From a bacterium (GTDB taxonomy: Bacteria > SAR324 > NAC60-12), in the NCBI GenBank assembly GCA_965205865.1, contig CBDBHR010000028.1, positions 544,001 through 608,000 on the forward strand: DNA of 64,000 nucleotides. Direction: 5' to 3'. A program made the position numbers and the translations under genes. The notes beneath the pieces are model-generated. The model saw only the letters and a list, made by a program, of their open reading frames with translations. It had not been told where the DNA came from and searched no databases. Below are positions 19,862 through 29,638 of this stretch, piece after piece. Position 1 is the first letter of the stretch. Each line of letters begins with the position of its first letter.

Positions 19862-20103
19862 TCAAGAGAGCCGATCATTAGCCACACATTACTTGGGGGA
19901 ATATTCAAAACTACAAGAATATAATCGGGCATGGTATGCCCTTCTGCCGGATCAAGCCCCTTGCGTTTACAAAAATTACGCAAGATGGGATCCATCTGTT
20001 GGCGTTTGGCTCCATTAAATTGTTTTGCCCGATTTTTCGGAACAAACACAATATGATACTTGCGTATCCATTCAAACTGGGATAGTATTTAATACTCTCA
20101 CAT
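19862..20103 (-). mobile_element. tnpA: degenerate IS200/IS605 TnpA (Y1 HUH) remnant
   Basis: W..KYHIVFVPK.R...EGHTMPDYI.V.LNIPP with the HUH motif lost and early stops. Confidence 0.75.
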
Positions 20104-20272
20104 AGAATACTCTATGAGAGCTAACTCCTGAATTAGCAGTCTGTGGGGATTAATATCAGGCTGATTGGATGATCAATTATGGCAATTTCATTTCATAGGT
20201 CAAAAGCGTGTGATCAAAGTGTTACGACAACATTGATACAACTTTTGCCTCTGCAATATCTATAAAATCAAC

Positions 20273-22438
20273 ATGTCAAAGATTCATATACCTGTCTGGT
20301 TGAAACAAAGACCGATATTTCAAAATGATATATCTGAATTGCGACAAATGTTCTCAGAGACGGACAATCAGCAATTTGGCAATATCACTTCCCAATTCCT
20401 GAAGGAATGTTATCGACGGTTGCCAGCCAGGTCCTTTTATAAACTGGTAAGGGTCCTAGGCTTTTATGGAGTCCAATTTAGTGGGAAACTTGCTCCTTAT
20501 AGTATTCACCTGGAACCTTTGCCCCTTCTTATAAATATTCCCCAACGCTACTGGGAAGAACCATGTCCATCTTTTGATTCCTCTCTTTCCTCTTATTTTC
20601 TCTCATTAGGCATTCATCAGCTCAAGCAATTGCATGGTATTCCAAGGGTTAGTCTCAATCATGCTACCAAATTTTGGGGAAATTTGCATCACAGACAAAA
20701 AATTTCTCCTGAAATTGCATCAAGATGGTTTCATGCTTCATTCACCAAAGCTCATAAAGATTTTTTTAAGCGCAATACTCAAACAGATGTTTATGCGGCA
20801 AAAGAAAATTCAGTAAAAATAATCCTGGAAAATAAGGCAGTCAAACAAGTTTTGTTGCAACCGATTGACATACTAAACCTGTCAGAACGTTCTGGTAATT
20901 GTCTAAAATCCGTTGATATCCACACAATAGGAGAGTTGATTCAAAAAAATGAGAAGGAATTGCTTAAAATATGGAGCTTTGGAAGAAAATCTCTTCGTGA
21001 AATAAATCAAAAGCTATCCGGTTTCGGACTTCATTTAGGTATGAATAATGCCCCTCCGGATATTATAAAACCAATAATCGGAGTAGATTTAGTTTCAGAA
21101 GAAACCCTCTCTAAATTGAACACCTTATTATCTGATATAAAACTTACAGTAAGGAGTAAGAACGCTTTAGAATTACGTGGTATGAAATACATTTGGGAGC
21201 TGATTATCTTAAAGGAATCTGCTTTGAAACAAACAAAAAATATAGGAAGGAAATCCATTGATGAGTTTAAAAAGATTGTTGCGGATATAGGCTTCCAATT
21301 AGGAATGCAATTCACTCCGGATCAAATCGAAACGATTCAAAAATATCAAATAGATACACCGGAATTTTCCGGTAAATGGTTTGTTCATATAGTGCAAGAC
21401 CCGCTCTTGCTTCATCTGGACTTTCTCAACAAAAACAAGAAAATTATTGTTCACGAGAGAGTATGGAAACGTGAAAAAAAATACAAATTGATAGATATTG
21501 CGCAAAAATTGAATATAAGTCGTGAACGTGCTCGTCAAATTGAAAGCCAAGCTCTCAAGGAAATCAAACAACAATTTCAAAAAGAATTGAGAGATGCTAC
21601 GGCTGATATACGGGAGCAAGTTGAGGCATTGGGAGGAATCGCCAATCTGGAGGATCTCAAATTTCAAATAGATTTCTCTGTACAGGAACAAATCATCATG
21701 GATAGTTTGCTGTCATTGCAGGATGAACCAGTTTATATTGACTGGGAATGCAGATTGATTTGCAACAAAGGCAACTCTTGGATTGTCTCTCTGTGTAGTG
21801 ACATAAAAAAACTGTTGCAAAAAAATATTTCCCAAAGTGTTTTCTTTACTCTGCAGGAAGTTGAAAATGCTGTTGAACAAATTAGCAGTCAATATAAAAT
21901 ATTCCGAAACAGCCACATTCAGAATTTAGTCCGGCGATTTCTTCATGAAGAAGAAATATCTGAAGTTGGAAGATATTTACATTTTGGACGCACAACTAAA
22001 CGAGATAAATTGGCATTTGCTTTCAAAGAACTATTCCCTCAAGGATTGGAAATTTACAAGCAACGAGAATTGCTCTTGAAGAGGATTATAGAATTTGATC
22101 CTCAAACTTACCGGAATATGAAAATGCAGAGGATTGAGATCTTATTGACCGCTCATTCGGACATCATGCTTTGGGGAAAAAGATTTATGATTCATAAAGA
22201 ACATCTTTCATTTGATATCGATATTGCTAAACATGTTACTGCCTGGATCAAGCAACGATTCGAACAGGGATATTCCCAATTTCGGGTTCATTTACCCTAC
22301 AATCAATTTAAAACTCAATTACAACAAAATGGCATTCCCAATCCTTATGCGCTTTACACCGTTTTGAGAAATATCCAGGATGAACGAATTGGACAAAAAA
22401 GATTTCCAACAATTGTTGATTTGGATGCAGACGTCTAA
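20273..22438 (+). CDS. protein with two RNA polymerase alpha-CTD-like domains and a sigma70 region-4 HTH; probably C-terminally truncated
   Basis: [12 protein letters not shown]...FGRKSLREI and [11 protein letters not shown]...[10 protein letters not shown] repeats; [16 protein letters not shown]; coding-like sequence continues with stops and a frameshift to ~22630. Confidence 0.8.
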   Translation: MSKIHIPVWLKQRPIFQNDISELRQMFSETDNQQFGNITSQFLKECYRRLPARSFYKLVRVLGFYGVQFSGKLAPYSIHLEPLPLLINIPQRYWEEPCPSFDSSLSSYFLSLGIHQLKQLHGIPRVSLNHATKFWGNLHHRQKISPEIASRWFHASFTKAHKDFFKRNTQTDVYAAKENSVKIILENKAVKQVLLQPIDILNLSERSGNCLKSVDIHTIGELIQKNEKELLKIWSFGRKSLREINQKLSGFGLHLGMNNAPPDIIKPIIGVDLVSEETLSKLNTLLSDIKLTVRSKNALELRGMKYIWELIILKESALKQTKNIGRKSIDEFKKIVADIGFQLGMQFTPDQIETIQKYQIDTPEFSGKWFVHIVQDPLLLHLDFLNKNKKIIVHERVWKREKKYKLIDIAQKLNISRERARQIESQALKEIKQQFQKELRDATADIREQVEALGGIANLEDLKFQIDFSVQEQIIMDSLLSLQDEPVYIDWECRLICNKGNSWIVSLCSDIKKLLQKNISQSVFFTLQEVENAVEQISSQYKIFRNSHIQNLVRRFLHEEEISEVGRYLHFGRTTKRDKLAFAFKELFPQGLEIYKQRELLLKRIIEFDPQTYRNMKMQRIEILLTAHSDIMLWGKRFMIHKEHLSFDIDIAKHVTAWIKQRFEQGYSQFRVHLPYNQFKTQLQQNGIPNPYALYTVLRNIQDERIGQKRFPTIVDLDADV

Positions 22439-22667
22439 CTGAAAGAATGCGCCTCAGAAGAACTCGAAAACTATTTTTGAGAAAAATGACACTGTTCCAA
22501 ATGAAGTTCTAAAAAGAGAATTTCTCACGAAGAAAGGATGGAAAGAATATCATTTGCAACAAAATTTAAATCGTTCTGAAAAAGCTTCTTTTCAAAAACT
22601 ACACGCCATCAATGCTTCTCTTGCTTTATAAATCCATCTTGAGCAAGTTGTCTGCCCGTAACATCAG

Positions 22668-22880
22668 CTAATTTACACTATCAATTTGTTCACGAAATGC
22701 TGCTTCGCTAAATCGGAGAGCAAGCGAATCCCGAGAGATTCCCAAACCGAAATTGATAACCGCCGAAACAACCCATTCTCCGTCTAGCAGTATTATTCCA
22801 GTTGCTCTGGCCCGAAATTCTTCGTTACCACTGAAACGACCTGTTGTCACCAACATGCCAATCGACCCTTTTCGCTCTCC
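22668..22880 (-). pseudogene. C-terminal fragment of an Mrr-type restriction endonuclease
   Basis: GMLVTTGRFS...A....IILLDGE.V......FGLG matches the end of the Mrr catalytic domain. Confidence 0.65.
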
Positions 22881-22905
22881 TTTAGAAGCATTTGAGTCAT
22901 AAGTA

Positions 22906-23137
22906 ACCTGAGTTCGACATAAATCTTCAATAATATGAGTATCCTAGTGTATATGTCATCCTCGCGAAACTTGTCCTCGCGAAAGCGGGGAGCGGGGATC
23001 CGGATTTCAGTCTGGCTGTATACCTCCGGATTCCTTCCCTGCGTACGCAGGGATCTCGCAGGAATGACAAGGTTTCTCTAAGATATGAAGATTCCATAAC
23101 ATATTGAATTTATTAAATTCTTATCTCGAACTCAGGT
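22906..23137. mobile_element. 232-bp MITE with REP-like core, 6-bp TSD TAAGTA
   Basis: TIR ACCTGAGTTCGA/TCGAACTCAGGT; TAAGTA at 22900-22905 and 23138-23143; GTCAT...ATGAC palindrome at 22955-23068. Confidence 0.85.
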
Positions 23138-23141
23138 TAAG

Positions 23142-23276
23142 TAGTCATCCTCTGGAGTGTTGGTGCCTGTTCTCAGCAAAATTCACCCTGTGAAGTGTTG
23201 GGATTTTGCAAATAGATGGTGTTTTCCGGTGCGTTTCCCCCGGTTTTCAGGGTAACAACACTCAAGAGGGAGACTA
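23142..23276 (+). ncRNA. candidate structured RNA (or hairpin MITE), 135 nt
   Basis: ~28-bp closing stem with G-U wobbles on the + strand, plus inner stems GCAAAATTC/GATTTTGC and CCGG/CCGG. Confidence 0.35.
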
Positions 23277-23735
23277 TCAGTTTTTTTGAAGTGACAAAAA
23301 AGTTATATTATCCAGTCAGGACAAAATTTCCCAATTCACTTTGCTCTCTCTTGCCTTACCCGGTGACGAGAGGATCGATCAGCGTCAACAAAGGCAGATT
23401 GGATTTTGACATGCCGGAGCAAACGATTGACAAGGAAAAATTGATTGTAGCATTGAACCGCTTGATTTCGGAAAACCATTGTGTGGAAACTCAATGGAAC
23501 CACGAACCAGAACTGTAAGCCATTCAAAACTTGGAGGTGGCACCATGTCCGCGCAACCGCCAAGAGGGCAAGGAAGAGTTCGTCTGGTCCATGTCAAGGG
23601 GTTAGATTTGCAATCCTGCGGATGCGCCTAACTTTCCAGAGCCGGCGAAATCGGCAAGTTTCTTCTCAGAAAAATAGAAAAGAAAGGGAAACAGAATCGT
23701 CGGGTAACAATTGTCTTTGATGAAAGACTGATCCT

Positions 23736-24572
23736 TCAAGAATAGTTTCCGGCTATCTCAGCACAGCGCTGCAACAATGGCAAAACAGAGTCCGCCGGTT
23801 CGGGCGGTAAAGGGAAAAGCAGGCGATCCACTCCCAGTGCCACGTACTTTTCCACTACTTCAGCTTTTGCCGGAATCCCAAATACAGTCACCGGGATTGG
23901 TTCCCTGCCTGCTTCTTCGGTCAGTTGCTTTAATTCTAAAATGCGGTCCTTGAGATCTTCGCTTCGTCCAATGGGCATCCATTCGTCTCCATAACGCAAA
24001 ACCCGCTTGAGCGTGTTGGCGCCATTGCCTCCCACAATAATGGGAGGATGTGGTTTTTGCGCAGGTTTCGGCCAAGACCAGATGGAATCGAAATTGACGA
24101 ATTCGCCGTGGTATTCTGCTTCGTCCTCGGTCCAAATTGCTTTCATGGCTTCAATCCGTTCTCGCAGCACTTTCCAGCGACGGGTTGGGTCGGTGCCATG
24201 ATTTTCCATCTCCTCGAGGTTCCATCCCCCACCAATTCCAAAGAGCACACGCCCATTGGAGAGAAAATCAAGACTGGCGACTTCTTTGGCCAGGACAATG
24301 GGATCCCGTTCGATGACCAGACAAATTCCGGTGCCCAGTTTGATGTCTTTGGTGGCGGCCGCCACAGCTCCAAGTGCGACAAAAGGATCGTGGGTATGTG
24401 AGTACTCCCGGGGGAGTTCTGCGCCTCCAGGCCAGGGACTGAGCCGACTCGTCGGAATATGGGTGTGCTCTGGGAAAAAAATCGATTCAAACCCGTGGGC
24501 TTCGGCCGCCTTTCCCAGTTCAACCGGTTGGATGGCATAATCGGTTGGAAACATGCAAATACCAAACTTCAT
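23736..24572 (-). CDS. LLM-class (putative F420-dependent) oxidoreductase
   Basis: MKFGI, PEHTH, RDPIVLAKEVASLD.LSNGR, GWN.EE, PKPAQKPHPP; CAGGAG RBS. Confidence 0.9.
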   Translation of the reverse strand: MKFGICMFPTDYAIQPVELGKAAEAHGFESIFFPEHTHIPTSRLSPWPGGAELPREYSHTHDPFVALGAVAAATKDIKLGTGICLVIERDPIVLAKEVASLDFLSNGRVLFGIGGGWNLEEMENHGTDPTRRWKVLRERIEAMKAIWTEDEAEYHGEFVNFDSIWSWPKPAQKPHPPIIVGGNGANTLKRVLRYGDEWMPIGRSEDLKDRILELKQLTEEAGREPIPVTVFGIPAKAEVVEKYVALGVDRLLFPLPPEPADSVLPLLQRCAEIAGNYS

Positions 24573-24882
24573 AAATATCTCCTGTAATGTAACGAAAAAT
24601 TTGAGAGTCGATTCAACAAAAAGGTTGTTTTCTTGTGACAAAAACAACTGCTTACCCCTGTGAAATAGATCACTCTTGCAAGATTCGCAACCTTTTTCTA
24701 TAGTACTGCAAATAATCATTTCAGAAAGTTCGCGTGGGCGGGATGCTCCCTCTACTCATCCAATTATCTGAAAGTCGATAGAAACTTTTATGCATATCTG
24801 GTTACCATGCAGGAAAAAATCATTTGCACGATCAGTGGATTGAAATGTACGGGAATGAATCGTGATGATTTCATGTCAATAA

Positions 24883-25040
24883 GGAATGAAATTTAAATAA
24901 GTTAGAAGTATGGATACGCAAAATTAGGGTACACGTAACAGCAGGCATAAAACAGTAGAGTTGGGATGCGAAGCGGTGTACATGTCCCCCAATTTTGCTC
25001 ACACCATTGGAAGAATTACAGGTTATTTAAGGTTTGTTCC
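24883..25040. mobile_element. 158-bp MITE, copy 2 (TAA duplication)
   Basis: Matches 7362-7516 with a 3-bp insertion and a few substitutions; TAA on both flanks. Confidence 0.8.
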
Positions 25041-25070
25041 TAAACATAAACAGAAAGGAAAGGTTTAGAA

Positions 25071-25793
25071 ATGCCAGTATTCAATCGCGACGATATTCAA
25101 ATTTATTTTGAAGATAATGGATCCGGATTCCCGATTTTGTTCATTGCCCCTGGAGGGATGCGCTCCTCCATACCCATGTGGAAAGGGCAAGCCTGGAATC
25201 TCATCGAGCAACTCTCATCCAGCTACCGTGTAATTGCAATGGATCAACGCAACGCGGGTCAATCCAGTGCCCCTATTCGAGCAAGTGATGGCTGGCACGT
25301 ATACAAGGAAGATCAACTCGCCTTGCTGGATCATCTTGGAGTGGATCGTTTTCATATCGTGGGAATGTGCATCGGTGGCCCATACGGCATGGGGCTCATC
25401 CAAGCAGTTCCGCAAAGAGTGGCATCCTTCGTTATTTTTCAGTCCATTGGGCTGTTCAACAACCGCGATGTATTTTTTGGACTGTTCGACAGTTGGGCGG
25501 ATGAACTGAAACCCAGCCGTCCTGAAGTATGCGGAGAAATTTGGGCTGCTTTCAAAAAATCGATGTTTCAAGGTGAATTTCTTTTCAACGTCTCCCGTGA
25601 GTTTGTCTCACAGTGCGAAACCCCCATGCTGGTCCTGCAGGGCAACGACCAATTCCATCCTGCGGAAATATCAAAAGAAATTGTATCCCTGGCGCCGAAT
25701 GCGACCCTTGTCGAATTTTGGCAAGAACCCAAACATCTACCAGATGCCAAGCAGGAAGTGGAGCGATTTCTTGCAACATGGAGTAAAGAATAA
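25071..25793 (+). CDS. alpha/beta hydrolase-fold protein
   Basis: DQRNAGQS, GMCIGG nucleophile elbow (Cys), GND.FH. Confidence 0.85.
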   Translation: MPVFNRDDIQIYFEDNGSGFPILFIAPGGMRSSIPMWKGQAWNLIEQLSSSYRVIAMDQRNAGQSSAPIRASDGWHVYKEDQLALLDHLGVDRFHIVGMCIGGPYGMGLIQAVPQRVASFVIFQSIGLFNNRDVFFGLFDSWADELKPSRPEVCGEIWAAFKKSMFQGEFLFNVSREFVSQCETPMLVLQGNDQFHPAEISKEIVSLAPNATLVEFWQEPKHLPDAKQEVERFLATWSKE

Positions 25794-25899
25794 CGGGCAA
25801 GGATATCGAGTTTCATGATAGTGTCGTCTGCCACTATCGTCGGCACTAACTCGGTAAATAGGCTTCGTGGAATTTTTCCTTCACGATCCCTTTCGAAAT

Positions 25900-26332
25900 C
25901 CATTCATAAATCTGCTCGCGCGAGTACCCGAGTTGCATCAGCTGCGCGCATCCATGCTTGCGTAGCGCAATGAATGCTAAAGGGCGCACCGGCGTCGTTC
26001 ATCAACTCGATCCAATGCGTGGCTGGTTTTTCAACGATTCATCACACCAATTCTGAAATTCTCAATCACAACATCGGCAAACTGAATCAACCGCCCGGCA
26101 CTTTTCAAACCCTCCGATGTCTTCAAATCAAATTGGAGTGTTTTCTTACCCCTGCTTGAACACTGCGTTGACCGGTCCGTGATTGTCGGGCTTGTTCGGT
26201 CGATCGTTTTTTATCATCTCAGCTCCCTGGTCTGCCAACAACATGCCAGTCAATGGTCCGGCAATATAGCGCCCAAAATCTATAACTCGAATCCCAGCTA
26301 GGGGAGTTCGTGCATCCGATGACGTATCCATT
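25900..26332 (-). pseudogene. CaiB/BaiF CoA-transferase fragments
   Basis: [32 protein letters not shown]-terminus, truncated after ~60 aa; downstream W.ELMNDAGAP fragment. Confidence 0.8.
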
Positions 26333-26425
26333 ATGAAAGACCTTTCAAAGAATGTGGAAAATTGAAGGAGTTTGTCTTTCCAAGGAGTCGAAAAGGAAAC
26401 GTTCGTGCTAGTTTGCTCATTTTGC

Positions 26426-27670
26426 TCAGTAGACTTCGACAGATCGTTGTCTGGCGGAATAGACAAGAGGCACAACGATTAAAATCATGAAAATAGTGAC
26501 TATTCCGATGATAGGAACACCTACGAGTCGTTCATTTTTAATCGTGAGCAGAGGCGTAGCCCAGAGGCCTCCTACTCCCATGGAAAGATTGGCAACGATC
26601 ATGCTCATCGACATCAACCGTCCTCTCTTGTATATGGGGACTGATTCGGTTAGCATCAAATAGAGAATCAAATAGTTGAAACGCGGGCATTCTCATCGAA
26701 CCGCCTAACATCATGCCTGCCATAAATAATCCTGCCAGAATCGCGGGAAAAGGAATATTGGTAAAAAAGAATAAGACAATTCCCATGATCATCGATCCCA
26801 TAATGACAACATTCGATTCGATTTTGAAAAAAACCTCAACATAAGTCCGGATAGTTGATTGCCAATCACGCCCCCAATTCCCCCTTGCATATAGCAAAGA
26901 CCAACCTGGGTTGCACTCATTCCCATATTCATTGTAAGCCAAATCCCCATATTGGGGATCAAACCAAAAAGTCCTACTAACATAAAGAACTGAGCAAGAA
27001 AAAGTTTCCGCGGTACTTTCAAGTTCCACAATTGAAACAGTTCGAGATACTGGATAATAATTTTATCCGGTTTGATCCCGGTCTCGGCAGGTCTCATCTT
27101 GGTTATACCAAAGATGCAAAAAATCGTAGCAAATGCGACGATATAAAAAGGAGCTTGCCAGGAGAAATAATCTCCAGTCCAGGCGCCAAAAGGAACGCCA
27201 AGAATAGAGGAGGTCGCAAAACCGAGCATGACGGTCGTCATGGCTTTGGTCCGTTGCTCTCCCTGAAAAAGGTCTCCCGTGAAGGCGAGGATATTGGGCA
27301 TGATAGGGCCGCCAAAGAGAGCAGAGACAATTCGAAAAGTAAAAATCGTCAAAACATTGTATGAAAGCGCACAACCTAAGGTGGCAAGGCAGAATCCGCA
27401 GGAGAGAATGATCAACATCTTTTTTCGACCCCACCGATCTGAAAAAGGGGCTGTCACCAATGCGGAAATCGCAGCCACCAAAGGATAGACGGCAATTAAA
27501 TAACCACTTCTCTCCGGAGCCAGCCCAACGGCTTCAGAAATGCTGGCACCCAGTGGAACCATCATGAGATGGTCCATAAAAACAAAGAAAAATAATAAAA
27601 AAAGTGGAAGAACTTGAAAAAACACGTTGCCGTGTCTGTCAGGATAATCGGGTTGGGGGGAATTTGTCAT
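26426..27670 (-). pseudogene. MFS transporter with two frameshifts
   Basis: SDRWGRKK motif A; TM segments spread over three frames; lesions at ~26811-26820 and ~26655-26675. Confidence 0.85.
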
Positions 27671-27803
27671 AAAATATCTAAATTAGTTTTTAAAATCTAT
27701 CTATCCGACTTGCCAATGCATGAAAACAATCCACTTTCCTGCAAATCGTTTTTTCACGTCATCACGTCGTATCTCCACAACTTTCCGGACCGCATCGATT
27801 TTT

Positions 27804-29060
27804 TCAGTCCAGCAAGCTCGCGAATTCACGACGCAGCAGATCCAGCGATTCCGCAGTCCCCATACGTTGGATGCGTATTGGGTCGCCAAAAGTAAGCAAT
27901 TGGCGTTGACGTGTCTTGTGAGGAGTGGCGAGAGCTACAAATACGATACCGGTATTTCGGTCGCCGGCACCTTTTTTAATCTTTCCAATGCCAGTCGTTG
28001 CCAAACCATAAGTCGCCCCACTGCGTCTGCGAATGGACTGGGCCAGAGCACAGGCCACTGGAGCGGAAACCGGCCCATGTTCAAATAAGAGATGTTCAGA
28101 AACCCCGAATTCATACAAAGAATCATGGGGGCCCAAGACAAGCGACTGGGCAAGCCAGTCAGACTGGGCATTGAAGGCGCTACAAGTGGCTGTCAAGTGG
28201 CCTCCGGTACTGATTTCCAGCAGGGCAATCCGTTCTTGGCGATTTAGCAACTGTCGCGCGACCACTTCCACGAGGCTTCCTCCAGGCTCTGCCAATCCTT
28301 CAGTGGCAAAAATAGAATTTCCAATGCGAGCTGCAACGTCCCGGACAACGGCCTGCAGTTCGTTATCCGGAAAATCGCCGGGAAAACGCAATTTGACTTG
28401 GTTTTCCGGATGCATGGTCCGAAAACTGAGCGTCACCCTAGGGTGGTTGAAGGAACCTATCTGTTCCTGCAGGGTGGACTCGCCAATGCCCACGGTACGA
28501 AAGGTAATCAGACGGCTGGGCTCGAGTTGGAATCGCTTGTACAGTAAAGGTTCCACGCGATGTGGGATCATTTGTTTCATCTCGCGCGGCACTCCCGGTA
28601 AAAAGGCCAACCAGGAATGTCCTTGCTCGATTGCAAAACCGGGTGCCGTTCCCCAGTGGTTGTCCAATCGGATGGCGCCTCGAGGCAAATATGCCTGCTT
28701 GCGGTTGACATCGGACATAGGACGATTCACCCGTTTGAAAAAACCGGCAATATGTTCCAAAGCAATAGTATCCAGTTGCAAGGGGCGATCAAAGGCTTCC
28801 GCGACTGCTTGTGCCGTCAAATCATCTTCCGTGGGACCCAAGCCTCCGGTGCAGATACAAAGAGAGGATCGCGCTGCAGCGTCGCGGACCAGATCACGAA
28901 TGTCTCCGAGCCGGTCTCCGACCGCAGTATGGCGCAGGACAGTGAATCCCAGTTCAGTCAAGCGTTCCGAAATCCAAGCGGCATTCGTATCCACCGTCTG
29001 TCCGGTGACCACCTCATCTCCCTGTGACAGTATTTCAGCGCTGTGTGCCGTCGTTGTCAT
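27804..29060 (-). CDS. cinA: CinA-family protein (MoCF-like + PncC-like domains)
   Basis: GDEV..G..VDTN, TGGLGPTEDDLT, GTAPG, LPGVPREM; the C-domain ESCTGG motif is degenerate (EISTGG). Confidence 0.9.
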   Translation of the reverse strand: MTTTAHSAEILSQGDEVVTGQTVDTNAAWISERLTELGFTVLRHTAVGDRLGDIRDLVRDAAARSSLCICTGGLGPTEDDLTAQAVAEAFDRPLQLDTIALEHIAGFFKRVNRPMSDVNRKQAYLPRGAIRLDNHWGTAPGFAIEQGHSWLAFLPGVPREMKQMIPHRVEPLLYKRFQLEPSRLITFRTVGIGESTLQEQIGSFNHPRVTLSFRTMHPENQVKLRFPGDFPDNELQAVVRDVAARIGNSIFATEGLAEPGGSLVEVVARQLLNRQERIALLEISTGGHLTATCSAFNAQSDWLAQSLVLGPHDSLYEFGVSEHLLFEHGPVSAPVACALAQSIRRRSGATYGLATTGIGKIKKGAGDRNTGIVFVALATPHKTRQRQLLTFGDPIRIQRMGTAESLDLLRREFASLLD

Positions 29061-29080
29061 GGTTTCCAATGGCGTTGGCG

Positions 29081-29473
29081 TTAAGCCCAATAATTCAATT
29101 CGACCTTGATCCCGTTGGGATCATGCAGGAAAATCTGATACAATCCCGTTCCAGGTACTTCTCTTTCTTCGAATTCAATAGAATGACGTTTGATACGTTT
29201 ACGCAGTTTGTTGGGCTCTGTGATATTGAAGGCAATGTGATCGACAGCCCCGGAGCCTTTCATTTCTTTAGTATCCTTACGTTTCTTCAAGGTTTTGCGG
29301 TCCACTCCAATCAAGTGTACGACGGGCACTTTTCCTATATAAAGCCAGTAACCGGGAAAATTAAAATCGGGGCGCTTCCCGTCTTTCATTCCCAATACAT
29401 CCACAAAAAAATTACGAGTTTTCTTCAACTCAATAGTACGAATCGAACAATGGTGAAGTACAGTCAGAGGCAT
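29081..29473 (-). CDS. VOC/glyoxalase-family protein
   Basis: LHHCSI, RPDFNFPGYWLY, VDHIAF, DPNGIKVELN. Confidence 0.9.
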   Translation of the reverse strand: MPLTVLHHCSIRTIELKKTRNFFVDVLGMKDGKRPDFNFPGYWLYIGKVPVVHLIGVDRKTLKKRKDTKEMKGSGAVDHIAFNITEPNKLRKRIKRHSIEFEEREVPGTGLYQIFLHDPNGIKVELNYWA

Positions 29474-29638
29474 AGGATTCCTGTTAGAGTAAGGTGAAAG
29501 AAATTTACTTTTTCAAGAAAGTGAAAGATTATAGAGAGCTAGAAGATAACACCACTTCCGCATAAATTTCAACTCGAATTATGACAATAGCGCTGACGCA
29601 TCGATATTAGCTCTTTTATACCTCTTTTCAGCAAGAAA

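Noticed and set aside
19429-20049. 206-aa ORF as an intact transposase
   Set aside because: Only the first ~60 aa are TnpA-like (HUH lost); the rest is antisense read-through of sfsA
20273-22438. Annotation as rpoA or a sigma factor
   Set aside because: No alpha N-terminal dimerisation domain, no sigma region 2, and not in a ribosomal operon
28033-29109. 358-aa antisense ORF over cinA (and similar ORFs at 33562-34515, 38954-39826, 59220-60086)
   Set aside because: Shadow ORFs opposite well-supported genes, with no motifs of their own
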